A stretch of DNA of 53,706 bases, counting the filler, from Sphacelaria rigidula (Eukaryota): the NCBI GenBank assembly GCA_964200075.2. It is 4 parts of 4 records of this genome, joined end to end, with 100 filler letters (N's around TTAATTAATTAA, not from the genome) between each part and the next. Parts side by side here need not be neighbours in the genome. Positions count along the whole stretch, not along the records: positions 1 to 13,354 come from CAXNAA020002944.1; 3 more parts are not named here. One strand, written 5' to 3'. Position 1 is the first letter of the stretch. The number at the start of each line of letters is the position of its first letter. The position numbers and the translations under genes were made by a program. The notes beneath the pieces were generated by a model. That model saw only the letters and a list, made by a program, of their open reading frames with translations, did no database searches and was not told the origin of the DNA. Shown piece by piece: positions 1-12,927 of the stretch.

Positions 1-1
1 A

Positions 2-394
2 GGAAACTATATAGGAATAACGCTACTGAGCACGATAGGGAAAACATTATGTAAGATTCTGAACGATAGAGTGGGAACGATGCTAGAAAAGGAGGACAAA
101 ATCAAAGAGGCACAAGCACGATTTAGACCAAACCGTAGTTGCGTAGAACATGTGTACACACTACGTGAGATTATTCAGGGTAGGAAAGACACCGGGTGGA
201 CAACGCACTGTTTATTTCTAGACGTGCAAAAGGCTTATGACACAGTATTGAGAAATGGGTTGTGGAAGAAGCTGTGGGAAGCTGGGATAAGAGGAAACAT
301 GTGGAGAATGGTAAAGAAAATGACAGAACGTGCCAAAAGTGCCATGATGCTAGACGGAAAAATATCGAAATATTTCGATATCTTACACGTAGTT
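2..394 (+). mobile_element. LINE (non-LTR retrotransposon) reverse transcriptase fragment, runs off the left edge and is cut by an LTR at 395
   Basis: The frame from nt 2 reads GNYIGITLLSTIGK...QARFRPNRSCVEHVYTLREII...LFLDVQKAYDTV. These match the LINE RT motifs YRPIxLL, QxGFR and FLDxxKAYD. Similarity stops where the LTR begins. Confidence 0.9.
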
Positions 395-3300
395 TTTAGA
401 CTTCTGTCACTCAAGATCAGATTGCCATATGGACTCCTCCCATCACGGGCACATGGACTTCAGCAGCTTTAGTTGTTTATGTTTTAAACCTCAGCATAGT
501 ACAGGAGAACAGGACCATAGCCTCTCTCTACCAGAGTAGTAAAACCGGCTCTACTCGTAATGGAGGTCACCATCACAGAATCCGGCAATCAGACCCACAA
601 CTCCACCTACGATGTCCCTGACCTTGGGTAACAATGGTGGCTGGGTCTACAGCACCCCCAAAGCTGTCCACTACCAACAAGTAGTTACATCAGAGCTTGA
701 CAAACTCAGACATCATTGGTGCCTGATAGTACCGTCGTTTTCCGCAAATAATAGCAATCTCTTCCGCTGCTTTCGACAACAACTCCGTACAAGTTTGCTC
801 CACTTTCGAACAACTCGCAAGAGATTCCAAGAAAATATCGTCCATCATGAACATGCAATCACGCAACTTGCACCACTTCTAGTTACAAAGCGATAGCTTG
901 CGCCGAATTCTCAAATCTTCGCTGAGAACAAGTCTCTTTACTCTTTATCGGCACGAAACCGGAAATGTCAGCGAACTTCGAATTCCAGAGCATTCGTGAC
1001 TCATCGTCCCTCTCATCCGAGACAAGGTACTTCTCAACATACGGAATGCACTCTTTGTACGTTCAACACCTGCGCAACGGAGTGCAACAGCCAAATGATA
1101 CATCATACTCACGCTAGAAGGAAATAAGCACCTAATACGTCCAGAACGCACCTGGCCTCTTGCTTCTGCAACACCGTAAACAACGTATGCATCGCATGCC
1201 TCCCCGCCGTCAAAGCTTCAGTGCTTCAACTTACCATCGTTTCATTAACACAATCAAAGGAAAGCCATGACTCAAACCGCTATTCAAGTCAAGCATACTA
1301 ATCTAACAACGGCAAACCGACCTCGACCTCCGCCATCATTCATCACCCGTAGTGATATCGTCCTCGAACTCGATTTACCGAGTACACCCCAGAAGGCACC
1401 AAGATAGAATATCCCAACTTAGATTCAGGACCGTGATATCCCATCGATCGATTAACCGCGATGTAAAATGCAGCTCATGTCCCAACAGACTTGCAGCTCA
1501 CCTGCATCGCTTCCTGAGACAAACGGACACTCCATCCATCTAATCCTTCCAGACGGAAATGAATCATTCCATCAAAGGACGTTTCTCAGCCAAAGATCAC
1601 GCATCTTCAACCATTAGAAACACTCGCGATATCCTTGCGCATATACGACGAGCGTACGCATTCTTCATCATTCAGCTCATTCTCACGCTAACAGCAGGTG
1701 TCGCCGTCTCCTACAGTCAGTACGACCCTACGTATTTCGTAGTTCATTGCCCATTTTCACGCTAACAGCAGCAATCCATATATCCTGCAGTCAGTACGTG
1801 CAAACCGCACAAATATGATTCGACTGTGTACGCGAGTAAGATCATACGAGGTTCACTTCATTTAGCATACAGCAGTATATTGAAAACTGCACCACCCTAG
1901 GTCGTCACCAGGTACCATTCATATCAGTACCATTCGAGCAAAAATTCGCACATGCCTGCCAAATTTCCACTCAGCACGTAAAATCCGCACATGCATGCCA
2001 ATATTCCACTCAGCACATGCAATGCCACCTTCCTCGCAGCAAACACCATGCATCGTCCGTGCAACCAGATCAGCGCAACACACACATGCCAAATACCCAC
2101 GTGTACGCCAGAGTGTTACCCTGCACACGCGATACGATCATACTTGCTCAACAATCATGTTTCATGCGCAAGCATGACCACAAACCACACAATAACAAGC
2201 TGAAATCATTCTCAACAAGCACTCAATCACCACAGCACTTGCTCCTCAACATCAGTACCCAACTCGGCGCTCACCACAACAGCAAACACCTCAGGTAATG
2301 CCTTCTTTGTAGTCCTCCAGCCCGCTCCTGAGAAACAGCAGCACTCGAACCACAACCCATTGCACAGCGTAGAGCGCCTTTCCTCTCGGACACTCCCTCC
2401 TTGCACCTTCAGTGTAGCTACACCTAGCACCCCCATGGTATAGGTGTATTCGCACCGCCAAACCAATGCGACAGATTCTCTATCTCCACAGATACTTGGG
2501 CAGTGAGTACCGAACACCTGTGCTTCAGTCAGTTTTACAGAGGAAATCAGAGGCGAAACGGGAACAGCGACACAGTCCCCAACAGCAACAGTGGAGACAC
2601 CTCCGCTATCGCCGCCAAATACGCCGAACCTGTCCATGTAAAAGCAGCAGTGCACACGACCACCCCAACACCACCCGATGCTTGTCGTCGCCGTCAGAGT
2701 AATGATCGCTAACGGTATCACGAGCTTGCAACTCGCTCTGCGTACCCGCTTCACGCGGGTCACACGCCCCCATTGTTTCGATCATACCAGGCGTGTCCAC
2801 AGCTACGCGCTGCTCCGGCGGCAATTCTGCCAACCCGGCATCCACCTGTCCTTCAAACAGACACCCCTGCGAATCATCTGAACGATCTCCCGCCATGTCA
2901 CTGGCGCAGATAGATTCGCCATGAGCACGGCAACCCCAAGCTTACCCTGCTCGCTCGCCATACGCGAATTACACCCCCCTGCAGCTTCGAGCATGCAAGG
3001 AGTATCTCCAGCTACGCGCTGCTCCGGCGGCAACAAGCAACTGGGACCTCCGCCCACCAGTACTTGCTCATTGGCCCATGTAGGCCCCGCCCTCTCACTA
3101 TCGCCAACAGCAGCAGCAGTATCACCCATACTCGCTACATTCGCCACCTTTTCCTGAGCGCACTCCTACACTGGAACAGCGGTAGCTGAGCGGTATGCAG
3201 TCTGCTCAAGCGGCGTGATGTATCCGCCCTCTCCAGCAGAAATACCAGTAGCATCCAAACCAATTCTTACCGTGGTACTTTTGGCGGGCGCGTACTCATG

Positions 3301-4669
3301 CCTCCCCGCTTTGATAGACACGTGCTGTGTCTTCTTCCCGCTCTGCACAGTGGAAACAGCTGCTCTGTATCGTGGGTTAAGACGCGCCCTATCGACTGCA
3401 CGTTCAGCGGTTGCACTGTCGCATTAATCCCCTCGGGCAGACACATGCTTCTCGGCTTTCACAGTGTAAGCATCTGCCCTGTATCGTGGTTTCAAACGCG
3501 CAGCACCTACTGCACGTTCGGCGGGTGCAATGTCGTGCCTGTCCCGTCGGGCAGACACATGCTTCTCGGCTGTCACAGGGCAAGCAGCCCCACCGGACGG
3601 CGCATGCTTGCGCAACGCGAAAAGCAACTGCTTGTCCTCAACATTATAATCATGCTTCGAGAACGTGTCTCACAGACATTTCGCAATGTGTTTCGGCATG
3701 AGCTCGGAAACTGCTGCCACCTCAAAGAGGTTTGTCCACCGCACGTTCACCTGATCTACATCTCGCACATATTGCTCGTATTTTCGTAAAAACTCGGCCG
3801 ATTTTTCGCTCGAAAACTTGCGGCCGTAGTACGGCATCTCCAGCGCCAGGAACAACACGACCATCGACGATGGCATATTCCTGCGCCTCGTACATTTTAG
3901 TCAGCAGTACAGCAATTCACACGCCTTTTGGAAAAACGAAGTTGCCTCCCACTCACACCAACAACAACTCTCTCCTTACACCGAGATGCGCTGTACCACC
4001 TTACAACGACAATGGCCACCACAGCGCCTCTTCCTCACGCAGGTCTCACCACGTGTTTGAAGTCCTTAGACTCCTCTTCCTGGCCGTACCTGGCCAAGCG
4101 TGGAACAAGCAACTCTCGCTGACCCCACCAGGCAGAAATTTCGCCGCTTTTCTGGAACGCTCACGGGCTCGCCAGCTTTCGGTCAACCGCCCGCACCTCT
4201 CGCACGAGCGATACCACAGCCCACCCTAGCACTGCCTCAGAATCTCCTAGGCTCTACTTCTCCAACTCCTCGCGACGCTAAGACGCCTTGAGCTGGTCTT
4301 GTTTGCTGCAAACTGATCAGGCCTGCAGACGTCCCTATCTTGGAGTGTCAGCTGTTTTTCAGCGGAACTACCGCTAATCAGCGGACTTAATGAACGTTCA
4401 TTATAGACTTCTGTCGCTCAAGATCAGATTGACATGTGGCCTCCTCCCATCACGGCACACACACGCACATGGACTTCAGCAGCTTTAGTTATTCATATAT
4501 TAACCCTCAGCATAGTACAGGAGAAGAGGACCACTGTCTCTCTCCACCAGAGTATCAAAACCGGGCTCTCACGTCATGGAGGTCCCATCACAGAGTCCGG
4601 CCATCAGACCCGCAACTCCACGCACACAATGTCCCCAACCTTAGGTGACAATGGTGACTAGAGTCTACA
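395..4669 (-). mobile_element. Non-autonomous (pol-less) Ty3/gypsy-type LTR element, type-A LTRs at 395-651 and 4402-4669
   Basis: Two ~260-bp direct repeats with TGTAGAC...GTCTACA-type termini. A PPT-like GGGGGTGC lies just before the 3' LTR (minus strand, 652-659). A gag-like N-terminus PYYGRKFSSEKSAEFLRKYEQY is at ~3670-3880. No RT, RNase H or integrase. The LTRs are clearly diverged and no TSD was found. Confidence 0.75.
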
Positions 4670-4679
4670 CCACACCGTA

Positions 4680-7600
4680 GAGCGGCATTTCTACTCGGAC
4701 AGTCGCTCCTCGCATCATAGATACAGCTACAGCTCTCAAAGCGATAACCATGCAGCACTCGCTTAAAAATGCTCGCTCTGTTCCGTAGATGCTCACGAAC
4801 GTGGCTCATCTCGCTCTGCGATTGGCGGTTTTCCGCGGCGGCTTGTTCTGCCTCCTCCGCCGCAACATCAAGATCGGCAAGCTCTTGTTTCGGGGATATG
4901 CTCATCGCCGGACTTCTCGACAACAACCACTCGACTGAGGAATTAACTGGCTCTGCCCAACCTCCAGGTTTCTGTGAAGCGTCGACCGCGATACTGACAC
5001 GCCGACAGTCCGTCAAATTAGGCGTGTTTACACCTCGCACCGAAGTTTTTCTTGCACGTGCACAATCACCTCAGCTACTGTACACGTCGATGCCCAGCGC
5101 CTCCAGCGTGGGGCTCCCCATGATTATCACATCATCTGTACCCGGCATAACCGAATATGAACATGGGTCCAGTAGAACCGGTCCCCAGCTGGTGTGTGAA
5201 GTGGGTCAGACAGGGCAAGTTTGCTGCTTCACCCTTTAGACTTGTTTGAAATCAGAAAAGGTCACAGTGCTGCTGCAGAGGCTTCCTCGTTATCACGGGC
5301 TTCAGAGACGTCGAGATTCAAGTGGTCATACAAACAGCAGTCTTCCTTGACGGGAAGTGACTGGCTCACCTCGTAGTGCATATACATCATACATCACGGA
5401 GTCCTCCTATTATACTCTCAAACCCGTTATCCATCAGCCATCCTACGAACGCCTGTTTTCCACTAACCAGCCTCGAAACTTTGTCATGCATTTTCTTCGC
5501 TGCAGTCATGTACCTAACCAAGGTAACAATGTTGCCCGGAGTCTACAGCCCCCCCAAAATTCGCTTACTACCAATAAGTAGTCGACCTAGAGCTTGATAA
5601 ACTCAGACATCATTGTTGCCGAAGTTCACCGTCGATTTTCACATGGAGTCGCAATGCCTACCGCAGTATACGATAACAGCCATACAAGCTTTTCCGATTC
5701 GCGAACAACTCGCAGGAGATTCAAGACGTCCCTCACGCTACTTGCACCGCTCCGAGTCACGGAGAGATAGCTGACGCCCAATTCTCAAACCCATGCCCCA
5801 AACGAGTCTCCTGACTTCAAACTGGCACAATAATCTCAAACGTCAACGAACTTCAAATTCTTGAGCCATCGTGACAATTTGTCTCTCTCATTCGATACCG
5901 TTTAATATACAAACCGCTCTTTCGTACGTTCAACACCTGCGTAGTGGAGTGCAACAGCCAAGCAATATACCTGAGACTCGATTTACCCAGTACACCCCGG
6001 AAAGCACCCAGATATAATATCCCCACTTGGATTCTGGACCGTGATATCCCATCGGTCGATTAACCGCAATGTGGAATGCAGCTCATGTCACAACAGACTT
6101 GCAGCTCACCTGCACCGTTCCCTTGGACAAACAAACGGACACTCCATCCACATGATCCGTCCAGAGGATAATGAAATGTTTCTTCAAAAGACGTTCCATA
6201 ACCAAAGATCATTTCACTTATCTTCAACCACAAGAAACACTCGCGTTTTGCTTGTGTACATACAAGCCTACGCATTTCGTAGTTACTGGTCATTTTAACG
6301 CCAACAGCAGCAATCGCCATCTCCTGCTGTCAGTACCCACAAAGCGCACGAAGAGAACTCTGCCACGTGTCTGTGTGAGCAGGAATATATGACGTTCACC
6401 TCATCCAGCCTACAGCAGTATATTGAAAACTGCCTTACCCTGACTCTTCGCCAGGTACGATGCGAAAATTTCACACATGCATACCAGCATTTCACTCAGC
6501 ATATGCAATGCGACATTCCTCGCAGCAAACACCATGCATCGTCCGTGCCAACCAGATCAGCACAACACACACAAGCTCAATATCCACATGTATGCCAGAG
6601 TTCACCCTGCACACGCGATACGATCATACTCGCTGAACAGCGATGTCTCATGCGCAAACATGACCACAAACCACACAATAACACGCTGCAATCGTTTTCA
6701 AAACGACACGCGAACCCAGTCATAATGTGTTTCCTCATTCTCAACAAGCACTCAATCACCACAGCACTTGCTCCTCAACATCAGCAGTCGAGTTGGGGCT
6801 CACCACAACAGCAAGCACCTCAGGTAAAGCCTTCTTTGTAGTCCTCCTCCAGCCTGCTCCTGAAAAACAGCAGCAGTCCGACCACAAAATCATGGACACC
6901 ATAGAGCGACGTTTTCTATTCGAACACTCGCTCTTCGCGCCATGAGTCTAGATGTAGCTCACACCCTCGTGAAGCCGCTCAGATCGTCACTGGACGGTAT
7001 ATCCGCACCGCCGAACCAATGCACAAGTCATCTGCACGCAGCTACGCTGTTCCAGACACCCACCACCTACTGCACGTTCGGCAAGCGGACGGTCGCGCAA
7101 TGGTCACCCGACGACGCATGCTTGCGCAACGCGAAAAGCAACTTGTGGACTTGTCTGAAATCGAAACAAGGTAACAGTGTTGCTCCAGAGGCTCCCTCCC
7201 TGTCACGGGCTTCAGAGACTTCAAGACTCAAGCAGTTATACAAACAGCATGTCTCAGTTAAGCAGAAGTGATCGGCTTACCTCGTATTGCATACTCAAAC
7301 ATTATGGAGTCCACGGATCACACTTTCGAACCCGTGATTCATCAACCACCCTATAAACGCCTGCTATACATTTTTTCGACCGCAGTCATGCATCTGACCA
7401 AGGTACCAATGTTGCCCGGATTCTACAACGCGCTGAACAATGCCGTTAGCCCGTTTCACCAGCTGTTCACCAACCATCAGTGTGACCACTCGCATACCTG
7501 GAAACATAGATTGCAATTTCGCCGCTACACCCCTTGACGTGGTCGTGATTCCAGATCCCGAGTCTGAAATGGTCTTGATCGGACAAACACTCTGTGCCCC

Positions 7601-8790
7601 TGCACTCGGTACAGACAAGTCGTCGAGACACCATCGTTCCTCTTTATCTACCCGTTTACCCTCAGATTGAAAACCTGATACCTCACGCGGTTTAAGCGAT
7701 CTCCACGACGACATCGCCTCAGATGTTCAGTGCGGGACTGTTTCCCCTGTTTTCCCCGATACGGTCTGCTGCACGCCACCAGTAGAAATGACCGGATCTG
7801 GCGGCAGCATCGCTCCACTGCTGGGAACACCCCCTCCATCGGTTAAAATACAGCCCTTGCAGCGGCACGGCTCTTGCCCCCTCCTCGAGGCACCTACCTG
7901 TCCAGGGCCCTGCGACAGCTGCTGCTGTTGTTGCTGCGTGTCGCTGGCCTTCGACTGCCCACCTACAGTGTGTTGTGGAGCAGCAGCTTGGCCTTGCTGC
8001 TTACAATCCTTCACGAAGTGGCCCTTGTCTCCACATGAGAAACAAACTGCATAGCTTGGGTCTGGTTCCCGAAATTTCCCGGAGATAGTAGTCTCACTGC
8101 CAGTCGTCGCCGATTTTTCACCATTCGCTTCGCGCTTTGACCCGGAGGTCCCGCTGCCGCCCTTCTGTTCCAGCTGTGGCTGGTGACGGCGCTGTTTATC
8201 AGCTACTTCTACCGTCTTCCATGCCTCTGTTGCTTTCCGAGCTATATCAAACACGAGCCCAGGGTCCTCTTTCCACCTCCCCTTCATGTTTGGAATTCAG
8301 GGGGGACATACCGGCGAGCAATTCCCGCGTAATTGTATGAGCGGGTCCTGCTTTGGAAGTCTCGCCCTCGCGGAACGCGCGCTCGATGCTCGCGTTTTCG
8401 GCAAAAACCTTTTCGAGGGCATCTCACTGTCCCTCGATTCTACCCATGGCAGTCGGCTCATTGCGAGCGGCCAACGTCTTCCGCACACCTGCCGCAGCAA
8501 CTGAAGGATCGATCTTTGTATCAATCCAACATTTTGCATATCGACCCAGTGCCTCCTTCACATGTTCATCATCGAGTACCGATCCGTCAGATATTGTACG
8601 TGATGAACACGCGCGAATGTGCTTGGGCACGAGTTCTGTCACGGTCAGTCAAGCAGCGGCCTGTACTGTCCGCCCCCCCCCATTGCTTAGTTGTGCCTCT
8701 CTTCGTATTCCCTGTATTTTTTTTACATCGTCAGGAGGCATCTTCGCTGAAATGCCGTCCGTACTCCGGTGCTTCTAGCGATCCACGTGG
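4680..8790 (-). mobile_element. Degenerate Ty3/gypsy gag-protease relic, split by a nested LTR element
   Basis: gag at ~8780-7700 has a CCHC knuckle, CFSCGDKGHFVKDC. The protease DSG motif (TISDSGSGITT) is at ~7570-7530. The protease resumes at 5230-4690 (KQQTCPV*PTSHTSWGP...VMPGTDDVIIMGSPTLEALGID...RRVSIAVDASQ), colinear with the protease/pre-RT region at 20290-20770. Confidence 0.85.
5235..7427 (-). mobile_element. Nested non-autonomous LTR element, type-B LTRs at 5235-5547 and 7144-7427
   Basis: ~300-bp direct repeats end in (g/t)tctaca, with a PPT-like G-run at 5548-5555 (minus). The flanks accc (5231-5234) and acgc (7428-7431) form an imperfect 4-bp TSD. Removing the insert restores the host protease frame (...NGIVQRVKQQTCPV). 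Confidence 0.8.
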
Positions 8791-8799
8791 CATAAGCTC

Positions 8800-11700
8800 A
8801 GTAAATTGAAACGTCACCTGTAAACAGTTTTCGAGCAAATCACAGATATATCTATATATCGTTTGGATCTTGGACCGTCATATCCCATCCGTGCATCAGC
8901 CAAAATGTAGAAATAATGCTTTCCTCGAAACTCTTGCAGTCCACCTGCACCAATTCTTTGAACAAATGGACGCACCATCCACATGCTCCTTCTAACATGA
9001 ACGAAAAACCAACCACGTGCTCGTTCAAACACGTGACAATCCATACAAAAATGTGCCACGGTCAAACATCATAGATGCATGCGCGCATTACGTCTTGATC
9101 TTCAACCACCAGAAGCACTCGCGTCATACCTGCTCGCATACGACGAGCCTACGCATTTCGTACTTTTTCCCTCATTTTCACGCTAACAGCAGGTCTCACC
9201 GACTACTGCAGTCAGTACGAGCCTACGCATTTCGTAGTGTTTCCCCATTTTCACGCTAACAGCAGGTCTCACCGACTCCTGCAGTCAGTACGTGCAAACC
9301 AAGCGAATATAATTAGACTGTGTTCTGCGCGAACAAGATTATACGAGCTTCCATCATTTAGCATACAGCAGAATATTGACCACTGCCCCACGCTAGGTCG
9401 TCACCAGATACCATTCATATCGGTAACGTTTGAGCAAAACTTCGCGCATGCCTGCCAAAATTCCACTCAGCATATGAAAATCTGCACATGCATGCCAGCA
9501 TTTCACTCAGCACAAAAAGTGCAACCTTCCTTGTAGCAAACACCATGCATCTTTTGTGCCAACCAGATCAGCACAACACACACAGGCCACAAATCCACGT
9601 GTACACGCGATACGATCATACTCGCTCGACAACCATGTTTCATGCGCAAGTATGACCACAATCCACACAATGACAAGCTGAAGTCATGATGTGTTTCCTC
9701 ATTCTCAACAAGCACTCAATCACCACAGCACTTGCTCCTCAACATCATTACCCAACTCGGCGCTCACCACAACAGCAGACATCTCAGGTAATGCCTTCTT
9801 TGTAGTCCTCCAGCCCGCTCCTAAGAAACAGCAGCACTCGAACCACGACCCCGTGCACAGCGTGGAGCAGCCTTTCCTCTCGGACACTCCCTCCTTGCAC
9901 CTTCAGTGTAGCTACACTTGGCATCCCCATGGTGTAGCTCAAGACGCCTCTAAAAGGTATAGTCGCACCGCCGAACCAATGCGACAGATCCTCCGCCCCC
10001 ACAGATGCTTGCGCATTCAGGAACGCTCGTTCTTGAGTAGCTTTTACAGAGGAAATGAGAGGTAAAACGGAAACATTCATACGGTCCCGCACAGCAACAC
10101 CTGCCGATGGCGTCACGCCATCCTCCTCCAGCATCTGACCGTACAGTGGAAAAGACACCGCGATCAACGCCGCCAAATATGCCAAACCTGTCCATCTAAA
10201 CAGCAGTGCACACGACCACCCCAACACCACGCGACGCTCGTCGTTGGTGTCAGAATTGTGATCGCTAACAGCATCACGAGCTTGCAGCTCGCGCTGCGTA
10301 CCCGCTTCACGCGGGCCACACGCCCCTATCATTTCGATCATGCAAGGCGTGTCCACAGCCACGCGCTGCTCCGGCGGCAATTCCGCCACCCCGGCATCCA
10401 CCTGTCCGTCAAGCAGACACCCCTGCCGATCATCTAACGGACCTCCCGCCATGTTACTGGCGCAGATAGATTCGTCATGAGCACGATAAGCTCCTAGCTC
10501 ACCCCTCTTGCTCGCCATACGCGAATTACACCACCCTTGCAGCTTCGAGCATACAAGGAGTATCTCCGGCTACGCACTGCTGCGACGGCTATTCCGCCAA
10601 CCCGGCATCCACCTGTCCTTCAAGCAGACACCCCTGCGAATCATCTGAAGGATCTCCCGTCATGCCACTGGCGCAGATAGATTCACCATGAGCATGGCAG
10701 GCTCCTAGCTCCCTTCTCGCTCGCAATACGCAAATAACACCCCTTGCAGCTTCGAGCATGCAAGGAGTATCTTCAGCTACGCGCTGCTCCGGCGGCAATT
10801 CCGCCACCCCGGCATCCACCTGTCCTTCAAGCAGACACCCCCACGAATCATCTGAACGATCTCCTGCCCTATCACTGGCGCAAATAGATTCGCCATGAGC
10901 ACGGCAAGCTGCTAGCTCACCCTGCTCGCTCGCGATACGCGAATTACACCCCCCTGCAGCTTCGAGCATGCAAGGAGTATCTTCAGCTACGCGTTGGTCC
11001 GGTGGCAACAAGCAGCTGGGACCTCCGCCCACCAGTACTTGCTCATTGGCCCATATAGGCCCCGCCCTCTCAACATCGCCAGCAGCAGCAGCAGTATCGC
11101 CCATACTCGCTACATCCGCCACCTCCTGTTCAGCTTGCTCCTCGACGGCAACAGCGGCAACGCCTCTAGCACTCTCGTGCCTACGCACTCGGCCAGGCCT
11201 ATCTTGTGTCGCCTTCTTGCCCGTCAAAATGTCGTGCCTGTCTCCACCGCCGCCGACCTTCACACTATCTTGCACCACACTCGGCGATGCATAAGATGCA
11301 TGCTTGCGCAGCGCAAAGAACAATTTGTCTTGCCGAACATCATTCGCACCATCCGAAAATGTGTCACATAGACAGTCCTCGATATGTGAGGTCAGAGACC
11401 GCTGGCTCCTCAACAATGTACCAGCGTGCTTGACGCTCGTTCGTTGCATGCACCTCACGAAGGTAGTCCTCATACTGCCGCAGAAACTGAGCAGATTTTT
11501 CACTTGAGAACTTGCGACCGTAGTAGGGCATACCCAGAAATCGTACACGGACAGCGCGACCATCGATAACAACATATTGGTGCGGCGCACGAAGAACATG
11601 GCCTTCCACCGCGACATTCTCGTGCACCTCGAACATTTCGGTCAGCATTACAGCACTCCACACCATTTTTTTTGAAAAACGAAGTCGCCTCCCACTCACA

Positions 11701-12406
11701 GGAACAGCTACTCTCTCCTCACACCGAGGCGCGCTGTACCACCCTACAACGACAACGGCCACAGCGCCTCTTCCTCACGCGCTTCTCACCACGTGTTTGA
11801 AGTCCTTAGACTCCTCTTCCTGGCCGTACCTTGCCAAGCGTGGAACACCCAACACTCGCTGGCTCCACTAGGCAGTACGGTAATTGCACCGCTTTTTCTG
11901 GAACGCGCTCGGGCTCGCCAGCTGTCGGTCAACCGCCCGCACCTCTCGCACGAGTGATACCACAGCCCACCCTAGCACTACCTCGGAATCTCCTCGGCTC
12001 TACTTCCCCAACTCCTGGCGACCTTATCACGCCTTGAGCTGGTCTTGTTTGCTGTAGACTCATCAGGCCAGCAGACTTCCCTATCTTGAAGTGTCAACTG
12101 CTTTTTATCGGACCTACTGCCTCAGCGGACTTAATGAACGTTCATTGTAGACTTCTGTCACTCAGTATCAGATTGACATGTGGACTCCTCCCATCATGGG
12201 CACATGGACTTCAGCAGCTTGAGTTATTCATGTATCAACCCTCAGCATAGTATAGGAGAACAGGATCATAGCCTCTCTCCACTAGAGTAGTCAAACCAGC
12301 TCTACTCGTCATGGAGGTCACCCATTCCAGAGTCCGGCTATCAGATCCGCAACTCCACGCACACAATATCCCCAACCTTAGGTAACAGTAGTGGCTAGAG
12401 TCTACA
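8800..12406 (-). mobile_element. Second type-A non-autonomous LTR element, 5' LTR at 12146-12406, 3' end missing
   Basis: The LTR has perfect TGTAGAC/GTCTACA termini. The leader 11630-12145 is homologous to 3890-4401. A gag-like N-terminus PYYGRKFSSEKSAQFLRQYEDY is at ~11250-11540. Internal 8800-10330 is homologous to 1400-2800. Confidence 0.75.
10330..11010 (-). repeat. Tandem array of a ~210-bp unit, about 3 copies
   Basis: The anchor (a/g)gc(t/c)acgc(g/a)(c/t)tg recurs at ~10358, 10568, 10777 and 10986. A single unit is at 2800-3020 and an inverted unit is at ~12990-13210. Confidence 0.85.
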
Positions 12407-12654
12407 CACCTCATCGCCTGTATCGCTCCCACCTCCTTTCCTGTGCGCTGCCATTCTCCCTTAGCTGTACGCAATGCTTCCAGCCAACGTAGCCGTCCCC
12501 CTGTTCAACGAGCTGCAACAAGCTGCCTCGCGTTACAGACTGCGCACCTGTCTATGTACAATACAACAATGTTTTTGCAGAGACTGTCCGCAGCTTAAAA
12601 AAAACCTTTGCCGGAAACCAGTGGATTCCCTGAATAAACGTTTATTATAGAGCA

Positions 12655-12927
12655 TTCCTGGACTTAGAACGACGTCACACGATTGCTGAAAGGGTTTCCT
12701 CCCTCACTAGGGCTTGGAGACTTCAAGACAGATGTTGTCTACAAACACACAGTCTTCGAATTCGGAAGTGACCGGCGGACCTCGTGTGCAAACATCATAC
12801 ATCACGGAATCCACTGATCATACTTTCAGACCCGTCATTCATCAACCAGACTATACACACCTGCTATGCATTTTCTCCATCGCAGTCATGTACCGAATCA
12901 AGGTCACAATGTTGCCCGGAGTCTACA
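12655..12927 (-). repeat. Additional type-B LTR copy (solo or partial)
   Basis: Aligns with 5240-5547 and 7149-7427 and ends ...aatgttgcccggagtctaca. Confidence 0.75.

Noticed and set aside
612..3700. Many short overlapping ORFs on both strands
   Set aside because: They lie in LTR-element internal sequence, are broken differently in each homologous copy, and show no recognisable domain apart from the gag-like start.
10330..11010. CRISPR-like periodicity
   Set aside because: Whole 210-bp units are duplicated. There are no short repeats with unique spacers, no cas genes, and the context is eukaryotic.
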